From the NCBI RefSeq assembly GCF_001194135.2, contig NC_068992.1, positions 31,727,257-31,791,256 on the forward strand: a stretch of 64,000 nucleotides of DNA, read 5' to 3'. Positions within the stretch are counted from its first letter, which is position 1. Each line of letters starts with the position of its first letter. A program made the translations under genes and the position numbers. Source of the stretch: Octopus bimaculoides (Eukaryota). The notes beneath the pieces are model-generated. The model was not told the DNA's origin, did not search any database, and was given only the letters and a program-made list of their open reading frames with translations. Below, in pieces: positions 38,705 to 50,879 of the stretch.

Positions 38705-38830
38705 ACTTATTCTATCAGTCTCTTTTGCCGAACCGATAAGTTAATGGGACGTAGAACACTAGCATCAATTGTCAAACGATATCGGGTGGGGGACAAACAT
38801 AGACACACAAACACACACATAGACACACAC
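38705..38830 (-). mobile_element. SINE family 3 fragment
   Basis: TCTCTTTTGCCGAACCGATAAGTTAATGGGACGTAG is a reverse-complement match to 31050-31232. Confidence 0.6.
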
Positions 38831-38879
38831 ACAGACACACACACACACACACATATTTATATATACATATATATTATAC

Positions 38880-39056
38880 ATGTATTTCGCCACGATAGAT
38901 CGCTAACCACTACACACATTTTTTTCTATCCATGTTTCTTTTTGTGTTCCTTTCTGTGGAAGAGCGTAGTCTCGAAAAGTTAAGCACTTTTTCTGTTTGT
39001 TTTCAACACCACCTGTCTTCGTCTGTTGTTTTTTGTGTATTTTCCCTATATATATA
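38880..39056 (+). mobile_element. Non-autonomous repeat family 'H' with hammerhead-like fold
   Basis: CACGATAGATCGCTAACC..CTGTGGAAGAGCGTAGTCTCGAAAAGTT..ACACCACCTGTCTTCGTC; homologues at 41640-41910 and 48620-48900. Confidence 0.6.
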
Positions 39057-39479
39057 NNNNNNNNNNNNNNNNNNNNNNNNNNNNNNNNNNNNNNNNNNNN
39101 NNNNNNNNNNNNNNNNNNNNNNNNNNNNNNNNNNNNNNNNNNNNNNNNNNNNNNNNNNNNNNNNNNNNNNNNNNNNNNNNNNNNNNNNNNNNNNNNNNNN
39201 NNNNNNNNNNNNNNNNNNNNNNNNNNNNNNNNNNNNNNNNNNNNNNNNNNNNNNNNNNNNNNNNNNNNNNNNNNNNNNNNNNNNNNNNNNNNNNNNNNNN
39301 NNNNNNNNNNNNNCAAAAAAAAAATATATATACTGTGTTATCAGGTACTTTGTCATTGACGTATACAATCCAAAACAATCAAAAGTTACATGTGCGTTCT
39401 ACCACAAAAAAAAGGCCAGTCTATTATTTTGCTATATAAGGTGATTTAACTGCCTACAATATCATTCACCACATGGTTT

Positions 39480-40545
39480 TTTGGTATGTTGGCCTTTGGA
39501 CTCTGACTGTAAACACAAGGAGTCCAACTAGGGAAAGAAGATCGGTAAGCCTCTGTCTCAGGAACTTAAAAACCTTATTACTGAAAAGTACAATGGAAAT
39601 AATGGCTATAAAAAGATTGCAAAAACTTCAGAATTGCCCCTAAACACTGTTAAAACTGTAGTTAAGAAGTGGTAAGTGCACAAAATCACTTCTACCCTAC
39701 CAAGATCTGGGAGACCGAGCAAACTTACCAGTAGAGCAAAGTCAAAACAGGTCCAGGAGGTAACCTCCAACATTAGTGCAACATTGGAAGACTTGAAAGC
39801 TTCAGTTTCCATTACTGGGACAGATGTCCATGCATCTACAATTTCTAGAGTATTGCAGCGGTCTGGCCTGCAAGGAAGGGTAGTTACAAAAAAACCTATA
39901 CACAAGCAAGCTAGGCTAAACTTTACCAAAAGTCACATTAATGATTCCTTGAACATGTGGCGAAAGATTTAGAGGTCAGATGGGACCAAAGTCGAGTTAT
40001 TTGCAAAACCTACGAAACGCTACGTGCGGCGGAAATAGGCACTACGCACCAACCTCGTTACACCGTCCCCACAGTAAAGAATGACGGTGGCTCGATCATG
40101 CTTTGGGGCTGTTTTTCAGCTGCAGGGCCTGGAGAGTTGGTATCCATCCAAGGTAACATGTACAGTGTCAAGTACCAAGAAATATTGGATGCAAACCTGC
40201 TGAAGTTTCGTAGAGCTCTGCGCATGGGTTGCAATTACAAGTTTCAACAAGATAACGACCCCAAGCATGTGTCAAAAAGCACTAGAGCTTGGTTTGCTAG
40301 CAAGAAAATCACTGTTTTGGAGTGGCCCAGCCAATCTCCAGACCTCAATCCTATAGAAAATCTATGGCGAGATCTAAAGCTGGCTGTGCACCGACGTTCC
40401 CCATCCAATCTGACACAGCTCGCAAGTTCTGCCATGAAGAATGGCGAAAACTGTCAGCGGACCACTGCAGCAAGCACGTGGAAGGCTACACATGGCGTCT
40501 GCAGGCTGTAATTGACACAGCAGGATCATCCGCGAAGCATTAGCT
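39480..40545 (+). mobile_element. Tc1 (DD34E) transposase pseudogene
   Basis: GYKKIAK HTH, LPRSGRPSKLT, SDGTKVELF, GGSIMLWGCF, FQQDNDPKH, WPSQSPDLNPIENLW; several stops and frameshifts; TIRs not identified. Confidence 0.92.
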
Positions 40546-41639
40546 GAAGACATTCCAAATCATATAAACATGTGATCTTAGTGAACTGCACCTTCGAAAT
40601 AGTGTGAAATTTAAAGACAGTTACCTTAAAATTAAGAAGATGAGAGTTCGAGTAGGAATTTAACTTAGTAAATGACTGATATAGAATATAGTATGCTTCG
40701 TGCTTATTTTAGGTGATATAAATGATTATCGCTTGGACAGGTCATGACATTTGAAAACTTGTAATATTCAAAAATACATATGTACTTCAGTTCCAATGTT
40801 TATTTTCAACCATTAATTATAAGGTTCAATAACGCGTGTGACTCATCGTGTTTAGGAACAATGTTCTATAATTTAAGCAATCGTATATAGCATAGGCATT
40901 TGAAAATGTGTCTCTTTTCTTGGCAGCACTTCAATCGGATTTGTTTGAATTAAATCAGCATTTTTCTGTGTTCTTTGTATAAATATCGTGGATATTAAAT
41001 AAGCATAATTTTTCTTCTAGTCAACCTTTTGATGTTTTGTTAGCTTCACAAAATAAAAGTAAAGTAAATTTGGCATCCATTGGTTTTTATATTTCTCATT
41101 TGGCGCGTACATCATTTTTTTTCTTTTTAAATTTCCATTTGAAATCTAGCGTTGTTTACATTGCCATTACCCTTCCTACTTAATCATCGTAATATACATT
41201 CACCAACATTAATTTCACTTAAGAAAATAGTAGTATAATTTTATTCAGCACAAACATTATTATGTAAATCAATATAAATAATTTCTTTTTTATTAACATA
41301 CCTCTCTCTGGTTGTAGTCCAAATGTTATATTGTCCCATCTTATTCTTAATGACTCGGATAAATTCTTTATAACCTATCGTGTATGCATGTATATATTTT
41401 TCCGATTCATTGCAAAATATATGTTAATCACTGAACAATAATGCAAATCTGTTGTAAAGACGAATCGCATTCGTATCATCTAATTATTGTCGTTATTCTT
41501 ATATATGTATATTTTTTTCCTATCATCATCTTAATAAGTGTAAAGAAAGCCTGCGGGACATATATTAAAATATCTCAACTACAGTATGCATTAGTTTTAA
41601 TCTTAAACATATATATGCGACAAATAAGCGGAATGCTTT

Positions 41640-41910
41640 AACCAAGCGTAGCTGTGTTACGTTTTATGAAATCCTATCAAAGCAAACAAAGCAATCATTT
41701 TTTCCCAATGATTCGCCATGCTGGATCACTGAAATGTACACGTTTTATTTTATTCTTTCTCTGATCATTTTCTCTTATGCCTTTCTGGGGAAGAGTTCAG
41801 GTTCGAAACGTAAAATACTTTTCTTTCATTTTTCCCGAGCGTCAAACTAATAACTTGCTTGTAGTTCGTACGCGTGTCTTCGTCTTTTGCTTTTCGTTAC
41901 TTTTCAACTA
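41640..41910 (+). mobile_element. Family 'H' copy
   Basis: CTGGGGAAGAGTTCAGGTTCGAAACGTAAAA..TTCCCGAGCGTCAAACTAATA. Confidence 0.6.
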
Positions 41911-42257
41911 TATATAAATTATTAATTTTCTATAGAAAATTATTCATGGAGACTCTCTCTCGCTGGTGAAAAACTGCATAAATAATTCTAACTTAAATCC
42001 TTAAAATTTCCTTTCTCTCTCTCTCTCTCTNNNNNNNNNNNNNNNNNNNNNNNNNNNNNNNNNNNNNNNNNNNNNNNNNNNNNNNNNNNNNNNNNNNNNN
42101 NNNNNNNNNNNNNNNNNNNNNNNNNNNNNNNNNNNNNNNNNNNNNNNNNNNNNNNNNNNNNNNNNNNNNNNNNNNNNNNNNNNNNNNNNNNNNNNNNNNN
42201 NNNNNNNNNNNNNNNNNNNNNNNNNNNNNNNNNNNNNNNNNNNNNNNNNNNNNNNNN

Positions 42258-42550
42258 ATATATCCATACATATATATGTATACATACACGCCTATGTGGG
42301 TACAGGACATCAAAACAAACGTTGAAAACAATGAGAAACGAAAACATAAAAACGAAAATGCATGCATGGCGTTCGGTCATATAATAATATAAATAATATA
42401 TACATATATGCATATATCCATACATATATATGTATACATACACGCCTATGTGGGTACAGGACATCAAAACAAACGTTGAAAACAATGAGAAACGAAAACA
42501 TAAAAACGAAAATGCATGCATGGCGTTCGGTCATATAATAATATAAATAA
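42258..42550. repeat. Tandem duplication with a 154-bp period next to a gap
   Basis: ATATATCCATAC.. starts at 42258 and again at 42412; a diverged inverted copy lies at about 43010-43170. Confidence 0.8.
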
Positions 42551-43565
42551 AATATAAATATATGCACCCTTTCCCTATTCTTCTCTCCCTTTCACCGTCC
42601 CCTCTCTCTCACTCTTCCTCCTTGATGATTCTCTCGTCGCCGACACGTGACGAAAGGGGATCTCTCTTTCTGTCCACTTCCTGACTCTAAGAAAAGACGT
42701 GTCTCTTCCTGTTTTCTCTAAGGGCTCGTATATCTAGCGTTCATAATAATTTTTCTATCGTCTTGGATCAACAGCCCTGACCATTTGTTTTTATTGTCTT
42801 GTTCTCACTGTCCAGTTCTTGTTAACACATTCACCCTCCGCAAGAAATCCAAAATTTTTATTTAATTTACTTTGCGGGAAGGACTGTTTCAACGAAGTCG
42901 CGTATTGCCCTTGCCATCGAACGCGGAGTAGATGAAACAGGGACAACTGACGAAGGGGTATACTCTTTATGTTGCATGTCTCGTTTCTCTGTTTGTCTTT
43001 TTCGTTGTTCGAAAAAACGTGCGTTTTCTATGTTTATGTTTCTCATTGTGTTCAACGTTTTATCTTTATGTTCTGCACCCATATATGCATGTATATATAC
43101 ATATATATGTAGGTAGTACATATATGTATGGATATATGCATATATTTATATATTATTTATATTATTACGTATATGCATATGCATACATACATACATATAT
43201 ANNNNNNNNNNNNNNNNNNNNNNNNNNNNNNNNNNNNNNNNNNNNNNNNNNNNNNNNNNNNNNNNNNNNNNNNNNNNNNNNNNNNNNNNNNNNNNNNNNN
43301 NNNNNNNNNNNNNNNNNNNNNNNNNNNNNNNNNNNNNNNNNNNNNNNNNNNNNNNNNNNNNNNNNNNNNNNNNNNNNNNNNNNNNNNNNNNNNNNNNNNN
43401 NNNNNNNNNNNNNNNNNNNNNNNNNNNNNNNNNNNNNNNNNNNNNNNNNNNNNNNNNNNNNNNNNNNNNNNNNNNNNNNNNNNNNNNNNNNNNNNNNNNN
43501 NNNNNNNNNNNNNNNNNNNNNNNNNNNNNNNNNNNNNNNNNNNNNNNNNNNNNNNNNNNNNNNNN

Positions 43566-43596
<31 letters not shown>

Positions 43597-44949
43597 TATA
43601 CAAAAAAAATAATAATTCTATATATAATTATAACAAGGGATTGGCTATATGTCTCCCCACACGCGAAATAAATAGACACCTAAAGACGCTGTTACCACCA
43701 TAAAACCTCCGAAAAATATAGGCTGTAGTCAGGCAAAAGAAAGATAACAAATTAAACTTTTGGTTAACCGTGTACAAGATTCTATTTCAAGCATATGGTA
43801 AAAAATATTATGCCTATTGCTCTCATCAGCAACGATATTCCATATATATTCCTGTACATATTCCAATGATATTCCTGTTCTTCGTACAGCAATATAGATA
43901 CACACTCGTAGAAGTATCCAGTAAAGTAGAATTTTGATCTCTCTTTTCATCCACTTGTAGTATATCAAATCAAAACTCTGCAGTGAATGCTATTTTGATC
44001 AAGGAGTAAATTTTTCAAATATTAATTATAATAAGGGGTAAAAACCATTAATGATTTTTACCAAGGGATCAGTGAGGAAATATAACCTTATAGGTAAATT
44101 TTACAAATATTTTAATAATTATATACATAATTATAACAAGATATTGGCTATAAGCCTCTGAACGCGCTTGAAATATAGACGTCTAAAGACGCTGTTACCA
44201 CCTTAAAAACTCCGAAAAATAAGAAAGGGAGATAGTTAGATAGACAGATAGATAAATGAAATAGAATAAGAGGCATACAGGTATGTCGGTGAATTGTGTC
44301 ACCTTTCTAGAATAGGGAACGCCTCTGTTTAACTTCAATTCACACGTGAAAGAAAACTGGAGCATTAGTATATATCTTTGTAACAACAATGTAATAGCGC
44401 TAATGAGCACAGTGCCAATATTGCAATTTTTCAAGATTCCGATCAATTTCGTGACGCTAAATTTCTTTATTTAAACTGGAATTCGTTAATTATTTAACAG
44501 GATAGAGATCGTATAGGAATCTGTCATGAAATATTACTTTATAAAAAATATACATATCGATATTTTCGTCCAAAGTTGATGTTACTTAAATATAAGTGCA
44601 ACTATTCTGCACATGTTTTATTCCTTCATACATTGTGTTTATTTATTGCTCTTTCGCTTCAAAATATTTTATACATTAATTCTCTTACAAATACTTGGTT
44701 ATTTATTCCAGTTGTAAACTAGGTTCTGTAATATATCGGCTGCTAACCTATAAGCTCAATTGCTGCAGTTCAATTAAATTCATTTTCATCATTTTAATAA
44801 CACATCAAAAATGGTGCTATGAGATACATGATGGACCTTATCTCATCACCTTAAGATGCAGTTCGATAGACAAAATTTATTTCTAAAAGAAGTGAAGATG
44901 AGGCAAACTGCATGCTAGTATTTATTTCTCAATATCGTGCTCTAAGAAA

Positions 44950-45060
44950 GGTGGCGAGCTGGCAGAAACGTTAGCATGCCGGGCGAAATGTTTAGTAATA
45001 TTTCGTCAGTCTTTACGTTCTGAGTTCGGATTCCACCGAGGTCGGCTTTCCCTTTTATCG
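44950..45060 (+). mobile_element. tRNA-derived SINE head, uninterrupted, 3'-truncated
   Basis: GGTGGCGAGCTGGCAGAAACGTTAGCATGCCGGGCGAAATG..GAGTTCGGATTCC. Confidence 0.8.
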
Positions 45061-45408
45061 GATCTTGTTGAAAACGGGGGCACCAGTATTTTCTTAACGA
45101 AACACATTGAAACTTGGGACACTGGTAGAATGTGTCATATAAAAATCTTTTTCTCTTAGTCTTCTTAACAAAAAAACGTACATCGCAAGTTATTTCACGT
45201 TAAAATTGTCGTATTTCTGTAATTTCAACCAATGACTGACGTCCATTCAGCCGAATAACAGTAAGTACTGACTACGTAAACAAACGATTCTCGCGGTGAT
45301 AAAATTATTATTTCCTTGTCAAAAAATGGCTGAAGAATATTGTCAGTAGCTAATAAACCTTTCTATTATAGGCACAAAGCATGGTTTTTGAGGGAAGGAG
45401 CAAGTCAA

Positions 45409-45426
45409 TTAGGGTTAGGGTTAGGG
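45409..45426 (+). repeat. (TTAGGG)3 interstitial motif within interspersed repeats
   Basis: Read directly. Confidence 0.85.
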
Positions 45427-45714
45427 AAAACGAACACACGTATGTTGCCTCTGCAAAATGTCAGAATTAATGGAGATTAAATACGCTTTACACTGCTTAA
45501 ACTGCCAAAGGAGTAAGTGTAAACAACTGAATGCTTGTCAGTGATTGGTTGAAATTATCGAAATTAGACAATTTTTTACATGAAATAAATTCGAATACAA
45601 ATTTTTTTCTGTTCTATAACACAAAATAGATAAGTATACGAAGTTTGAAAGTTTTTCGGTACCAAAAACACTACATAAAACATAAATGAACAAGATCCCT
45701 TTTATCATTTGGGG

Positions 45715-46050
45715 CGGGGGTCGATAAATTAAGTACCAGTTACCTACTGGGATCCATCTAATCAACTGGCCCACTCCCCCATAATGTCATGCCTTGTGCC
45801 TAGAGTAGGAAAGAATATTATGTTTTAATGAAGGCGGTGAGCAACCAGAAACTTTTGCACTCCGGGCGAAATGCGTAGCGGTATTTCGTCTATCTTTACG
45901 TTGAGTTCAAATTGCGGCTGGTTCGACTTTGCCTTTCATCCTTTCGGGGGTCGATAATTTAAGTACCAGTTGCCTACTGGGGTCGATCCAATCGACGGGC
46001 CTCCTCCCCCAAAATTTCGGGCCTTGTACCTGAAGTAGAAAGGGATATTG
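45715..46050 (+). mobile_element. Type-2 SINE tail fragment (45715-45810) followed by a near-complete type-2 SINE (45830-46050)
   Basis: GTCGATAA(A/T)TTAAGTACCAGTT core twice; tails GCCTTGT(G/A)CCT..AGTAG. Confidence 0.8.
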
Positions 46051-47049
46051 TGTACGAACGTCAATGCTCGCTTCTTTAACATATTTTTTATATATCAAAA
46101 TGCATTAATCTTAGGTGACAGACTGACAACATTTTTTCTTCGTCTTTGATTCTTCTCGTTACACATCCTGCTGTCGAAATATGTTAAGAATTGAGGTGAA
46201 CGTACCTGCTGTTTATAAATAATTGCCAATCATTTGTTGAGTTTAGCAGAGATCCACCCTTTGCGATAGTTGTATCTCTCTCTCTTCTCTCTCTTTCTCT
46301 TTGTTTCTCCACTCTCTTTGCTCCTTCCTTCTCTTTCTCTCTCTGTATCTCTTTCTTCCTCTCTCTATATACTTCCTCTACCCTACCACGTGACCAGTGT
46401 CCAGTGAATGCGGAGTTGTTCTTTTTCCCCGTGCGTTTGACCAGACTGCTCATGCTGGTCTGAGCTCCTACTACGTCCATTAGGACTTATTCCATTGCAT
46501 ACTCCGCTACCCCACTAATTTCGTTTGAAAGCTGCAAAGCTTTTTTCTGTTGTATTAATGGTATTTTTATAATAATAACGGGTATAGCATCTATTTTTTA
46601 CAAATAACAGAATATCGAAATATGGTCTTTTTAAATTATATGTTGCAAAAGTGAGGCTAAATTAAGGTTATGTATTGACAAAAAGTCTGTTGATTGCGTT
46701 GATCCAAGTCATAACGTTAATTAGTGTAGGTCTAATAATTTATTGCAAAGATAGACACGATATTAGCGTTAGGAACGATTTGTGTATAAGAATCTGGCAT
46801 CTTTTAATCATTTTAATCATCACGTTAGTTGATAATAGTACATAGCGCTTAACAACCACTGCCACACTTATATGATTGTGAACTATATATAATGGACCAA
46901 GCAATATCATATACAATGATATCATCAGTAACTGGAGAGGTACTGTTAGCATAAACTTTATGCGAAAATGTACTTGAATTGTGGTTATAAGCATAGTGAC
47001 ACGTGCTCCGATGAGTGCCATTATTTTATCTGCATTAATTTATGATTAT

Positions 47050-47775
47050 AAAATGGGACTGGATAATCCCAAGCATACATACCAAAGCGAACATTTAAGT
47101 ATTCATTATTGTACATTGAGATTAATCATTGGATGAAACGGTTTGCAAAACGGCCATAAATGTAAGGATTTTATGTGGTTAAAGAAATATATATTCACCT
47201 CTAATATCTCCGAATTTTTAAAGTTTATATGTATGTACTTGCACTTATACGCACACACACACGTTCATATATATCATATATATGATGTATAAAAATGTCT
47301 GTATATATATATATATATACTTTCTTCTTCCAACTATTAAGTACGGAGGATGATCTGTGATGATCGGGTGGGTGGGGTTGCAATATTTTGGAAATCCGCT
47401 GTCCCAATGGTTTCCCTTCGTGGTCCAACAAATAATCAAGGCTATTTAAGCATTCTATCTGATCGAATTCATACTATAGGAACATTCAAGCTAAGTTATC
47501 TGTCCACCACAGCCCCTAGATCTTAGTAATATGGAACATTTATTGTGAATTTTAGAAAAAAAGTACGGAGTCGATGTCATCCACCATTATCAGTACAAGA
47601 ACTGGAGATTGATTTAGCTGAATAGTGGACAAAAATACCTTTGGAAATAATTCAGACTTTGTACGAGTCCATACCACGAAGAATTCAAGCTATAATTACT
47701 AACAAAGGCGGTCCTATCCATATTAAAATAAATCTGTTGAAAATTTTAAGGTGCTTCCATTATTTTGTCCAACCC

Positions 47776-47778
<3 letters not shown>
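47050..47778 (+). mobile_element. Tc1 transposon 3' remnant with right TIR
   Basis: PLEIIQTLYESIPRRIQAIITNKGG C-terminus; TIR-like GGTGCTTCCATTATTTTGTCCAACCCCTG at 47750-47778. Confidence 0.8.
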
Positions 47779-47820
<42 letters not shown>

Positions 47821-48619
47821 CTTATATATATATATGTATGTATTTATTTATGTATGTATGTATGTATGTATGTAAAGATATTACTATCGTTATTAATAAA
47901 TAATAACAACAATAATATAAGTAGCCAGCAAGCATTAAAGACAAAAAGGCGAATTTATAAATTCATAATTCATCATTAATTATACATTTATAAATCTGCG
48001 TTTTTGGGCTGTAATTCTTCTGGTCACTTATATTATTGTTGTTATTATATATTAATGGTATTAGTAATATATTCAGGTATGATTATACGCTAATATCGTT
48101 TGAATTTGCAGCTGGTTTATAAATGATTTTGTGAAGCATGACGAACAGAGCATAATGTTAACACTTGGCCAAACGCAAGACATAATGATGAGAACAAAGG
48201 GGAATATCTCAACGGTTGAATTCACGTGAGATACGTATATCTGTGATACTTATTTGCGAGATACAGTCGCAACCGTAACTTAAAATTTGATCGCGCCGGG
48301 AGTTTTGACAGCCTGTTGTATTTTCAGTGAAATGATAGCTTATTTGAGTATTTTTGTACTCTAATTTCTAGCAACGCTGGTACTTTGTGTACCCTCAATT
48401 ATAAGTCAGGGCTGAAACATATAAACGAATAAAAAAAAAAATATATAAAATGAAAGACAGAAGATGGAAAATGTGAGAACATATTATTAATCACAGCAAT
48501 TACTTCGACACATCTAACATCAACTCTTCTTGTGGGACACACAAAAACTGGTTCAGGAGTATCCTGTAGTGTGGCGCAGACGTATCTCGTCGGGTGAAAA
48601 ATAAAATAAATCTCGTTAC

Positions 48620-48900
48620 AATGACTGTTCTATATATATGGGAGAATGTACGAAAAAAACAACAACAAACGAGGACAGGTGGTGTAAACAATAAAAGGAT
48701 GTATTAGTTTGACGCTCGGGAATACAGAAAGTCTTTAACGCTTCGAGCTACGCTCTTCAACAGTATAAGAATACGGAGGAAACAAGGAGAAAAACACGGA
48801 GAAAAAAAATTGAATGGCGTTTGGTCAGCGATCTATCATGGCGTCTGCGGACAGAAAGTTCAGAAAGTTCACTCAGGAGCGCTAAGGAAAAAGGAAGATA
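48620..48900 (-). mobile_element. Family 'H' copy
   Basis: Minus strand CATGATAGATCGCTGACC..CTGTTGAAGAGCGTAGCTCGAAGCGTTAAAGAC..CCCGAGCGTCAAACTAATAC..ACACCACCTGTCCTCG. Confidence 0.65.
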
Positions 48901-49079
48901 ACAAAAATTGGAAGAAAGAACGGTGACCCAAGAACGAGGAGCTGTGTGTGTGTGTGTGTGTNNNNNNNNNNNNNNNNNNNNNNNNNNNNNNNNNNNNNNN
49001 NNNNNNNNNNNNNNNNNNNNNNNNNNNNNNNNNNNNNNNNNNNNNNNNNNNNNNNNNNNNNNNNNNNNNNNNNNNNNNN

Positions 49080-49119
<40 letters not shown>

Positions 49120-49521
49120 CTGGTGATCTTGACGTATGGATGTGTGAAAAAATGGGGAAGAGAGAAGGAGTTGGTCAGTTGCAGTGTGTGCGTGGTGTGT
49201 GTTGTGAAGTGATGTGTGGTGTGATGTGAGGGTGTTGAGAGGTGGGGAAAGCGAAGGCGGGTGAGACGAGATATACAGAGAGAGTGAGAGAGAGGGAGAG
49301 AGAGAGAGTGAGAGAGAGAGAGGGTGCATGACACATGTCGCGTGATACCCAGTTCATTAGTTCACGCAGTATCGGTTTGCTAATGTACAGCACGAACATT
49401 TGAATCACCCTAAATAAATCATCTCTCCAAGTCATTCGGTGCAAAAGCCGAACGCTCATGCGTCTGCTTCGACGGGACAGCCCATCATATGTTTCTGTGT
49501 GTATGTGTGTGTGTGTGAGTG

Positions 49522-49561
<40 letters not shown>

Positions 49562-50879
49562 AGCATTTCATGTCGTTTCCTGATTGAAAACACAGATTTA
49601 AAATATTACTATCGTTGTTTGAGTTGTATCGACCTCATAACATTAAAGTATCAACTTTTGGTTGATATATTAATTTCGAGGTGCTCCTTTATAAATTTTA
49701 TGTTGCTAAAGTTATTTTAGAGTACAATGCACATTGGCTTGAATCGATGCGCCAACAAAATATGTAAAGGGTGCAAAAGCTTAAAATTCTTTCGTCTCAA
49801 GAGGAAAATTAACAATAAGTAATTAGCCATATGAAGTAAATTTCAGCGAAAATTGGAGGAATGTGCTGGTGGTAATTGTTTCTACTTTTTGCAAAATGTC
49901 CTAATTTTGATGGGAGTATGCGAATTGAAAGCATTGATCTCAGTACATTCAATACCTGACAATTATTCATTTCATCGAACCTGAATTCAATATCCAGCTT
50001 GGTAGAAGTTGTACTGAGAGCGTAAAAAAGCGGAATAATTATTCAAAATCCCTTTGGCAGACGTGCAAAGGTTTCTGCGAAAAACACAGCCTAGAAATAA
50101 TGATACCAATGTCGTAGATGATTTAGCTGCCTCAGACATATTCCACTGGGCTCTTTAATAATAGATTTTGACAGGAGTGACGGAGTGACTTTAAAGAATA
50201 TAAGTTAACTTCTACCATATCGCCCGAGACTTAGTGTCTTGCCATCATCGAGGAAAATGAAAAGTTAAAGCACATATTGAAATAATTACAGTGTGATCCA
50301 CACAATGAGAAACATAATGAAGCAGCTGCATGTATATATATATGTGTGTGTGTGTGTATACATATGTAGGTATATACATATATATACACGCACATATATA
50401 TATTCAGTTATGAAATACAAGCAGCGTAATGTAATAAAAATTATCAAGCACACACTTTAAGTATAGGCTTTGTGTAGTTACTGTTAAGCTGCGAAATGTT
50501 GTGCTGGAGAATACTCACTCTAAGTCTCCATGCACCTGATGTTAAAACACCTGAAAGTCGGGGAAAGACGAGAAATTCACCACTTATATATACATATTAC
50601 CTGTTACCTTTTGCTTTTTTCAGTCATTAGACTGTGGGCATCCTGTGGAAAGAATCGACCGCTGTATTTACATTCATTTATTTTTCTTTAAACCTAGTAG
50701 ATATTCTATCATTCTCTTTGCGAATCGCTAAATTGCATAAACACAACAACATGGGTAGATATATATATGGAAAAAAGTTCAAGGTAGAAAATGCTAAAAT
50801 AGTTTTATAAAAAAACATTTCAGTATCGGTTTCGATCCTTGAGATCTTTTCAACTGCAGATATGGATAACACATTTTGC

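Noticed and set aside
42930-42975. Hammerhead candidate CTGACGA-AGGGG-TATA-CTCTT
   Set aside because: Intact 5' core and a stem, but no GAAA follows.
45409-45426. Chromosome end or telomere
   Set aside because: Only three units, internal to interspersed repeats.
46740-47021. Hydrophobic 93-aa ORF with ISVAVVVKRYVLL, faintly like a GPCR TM3 E/DRY motif
   Set aside because: Single weak motif and no other transmembrane pattern; a TBLASTN or HMM search would be needed.
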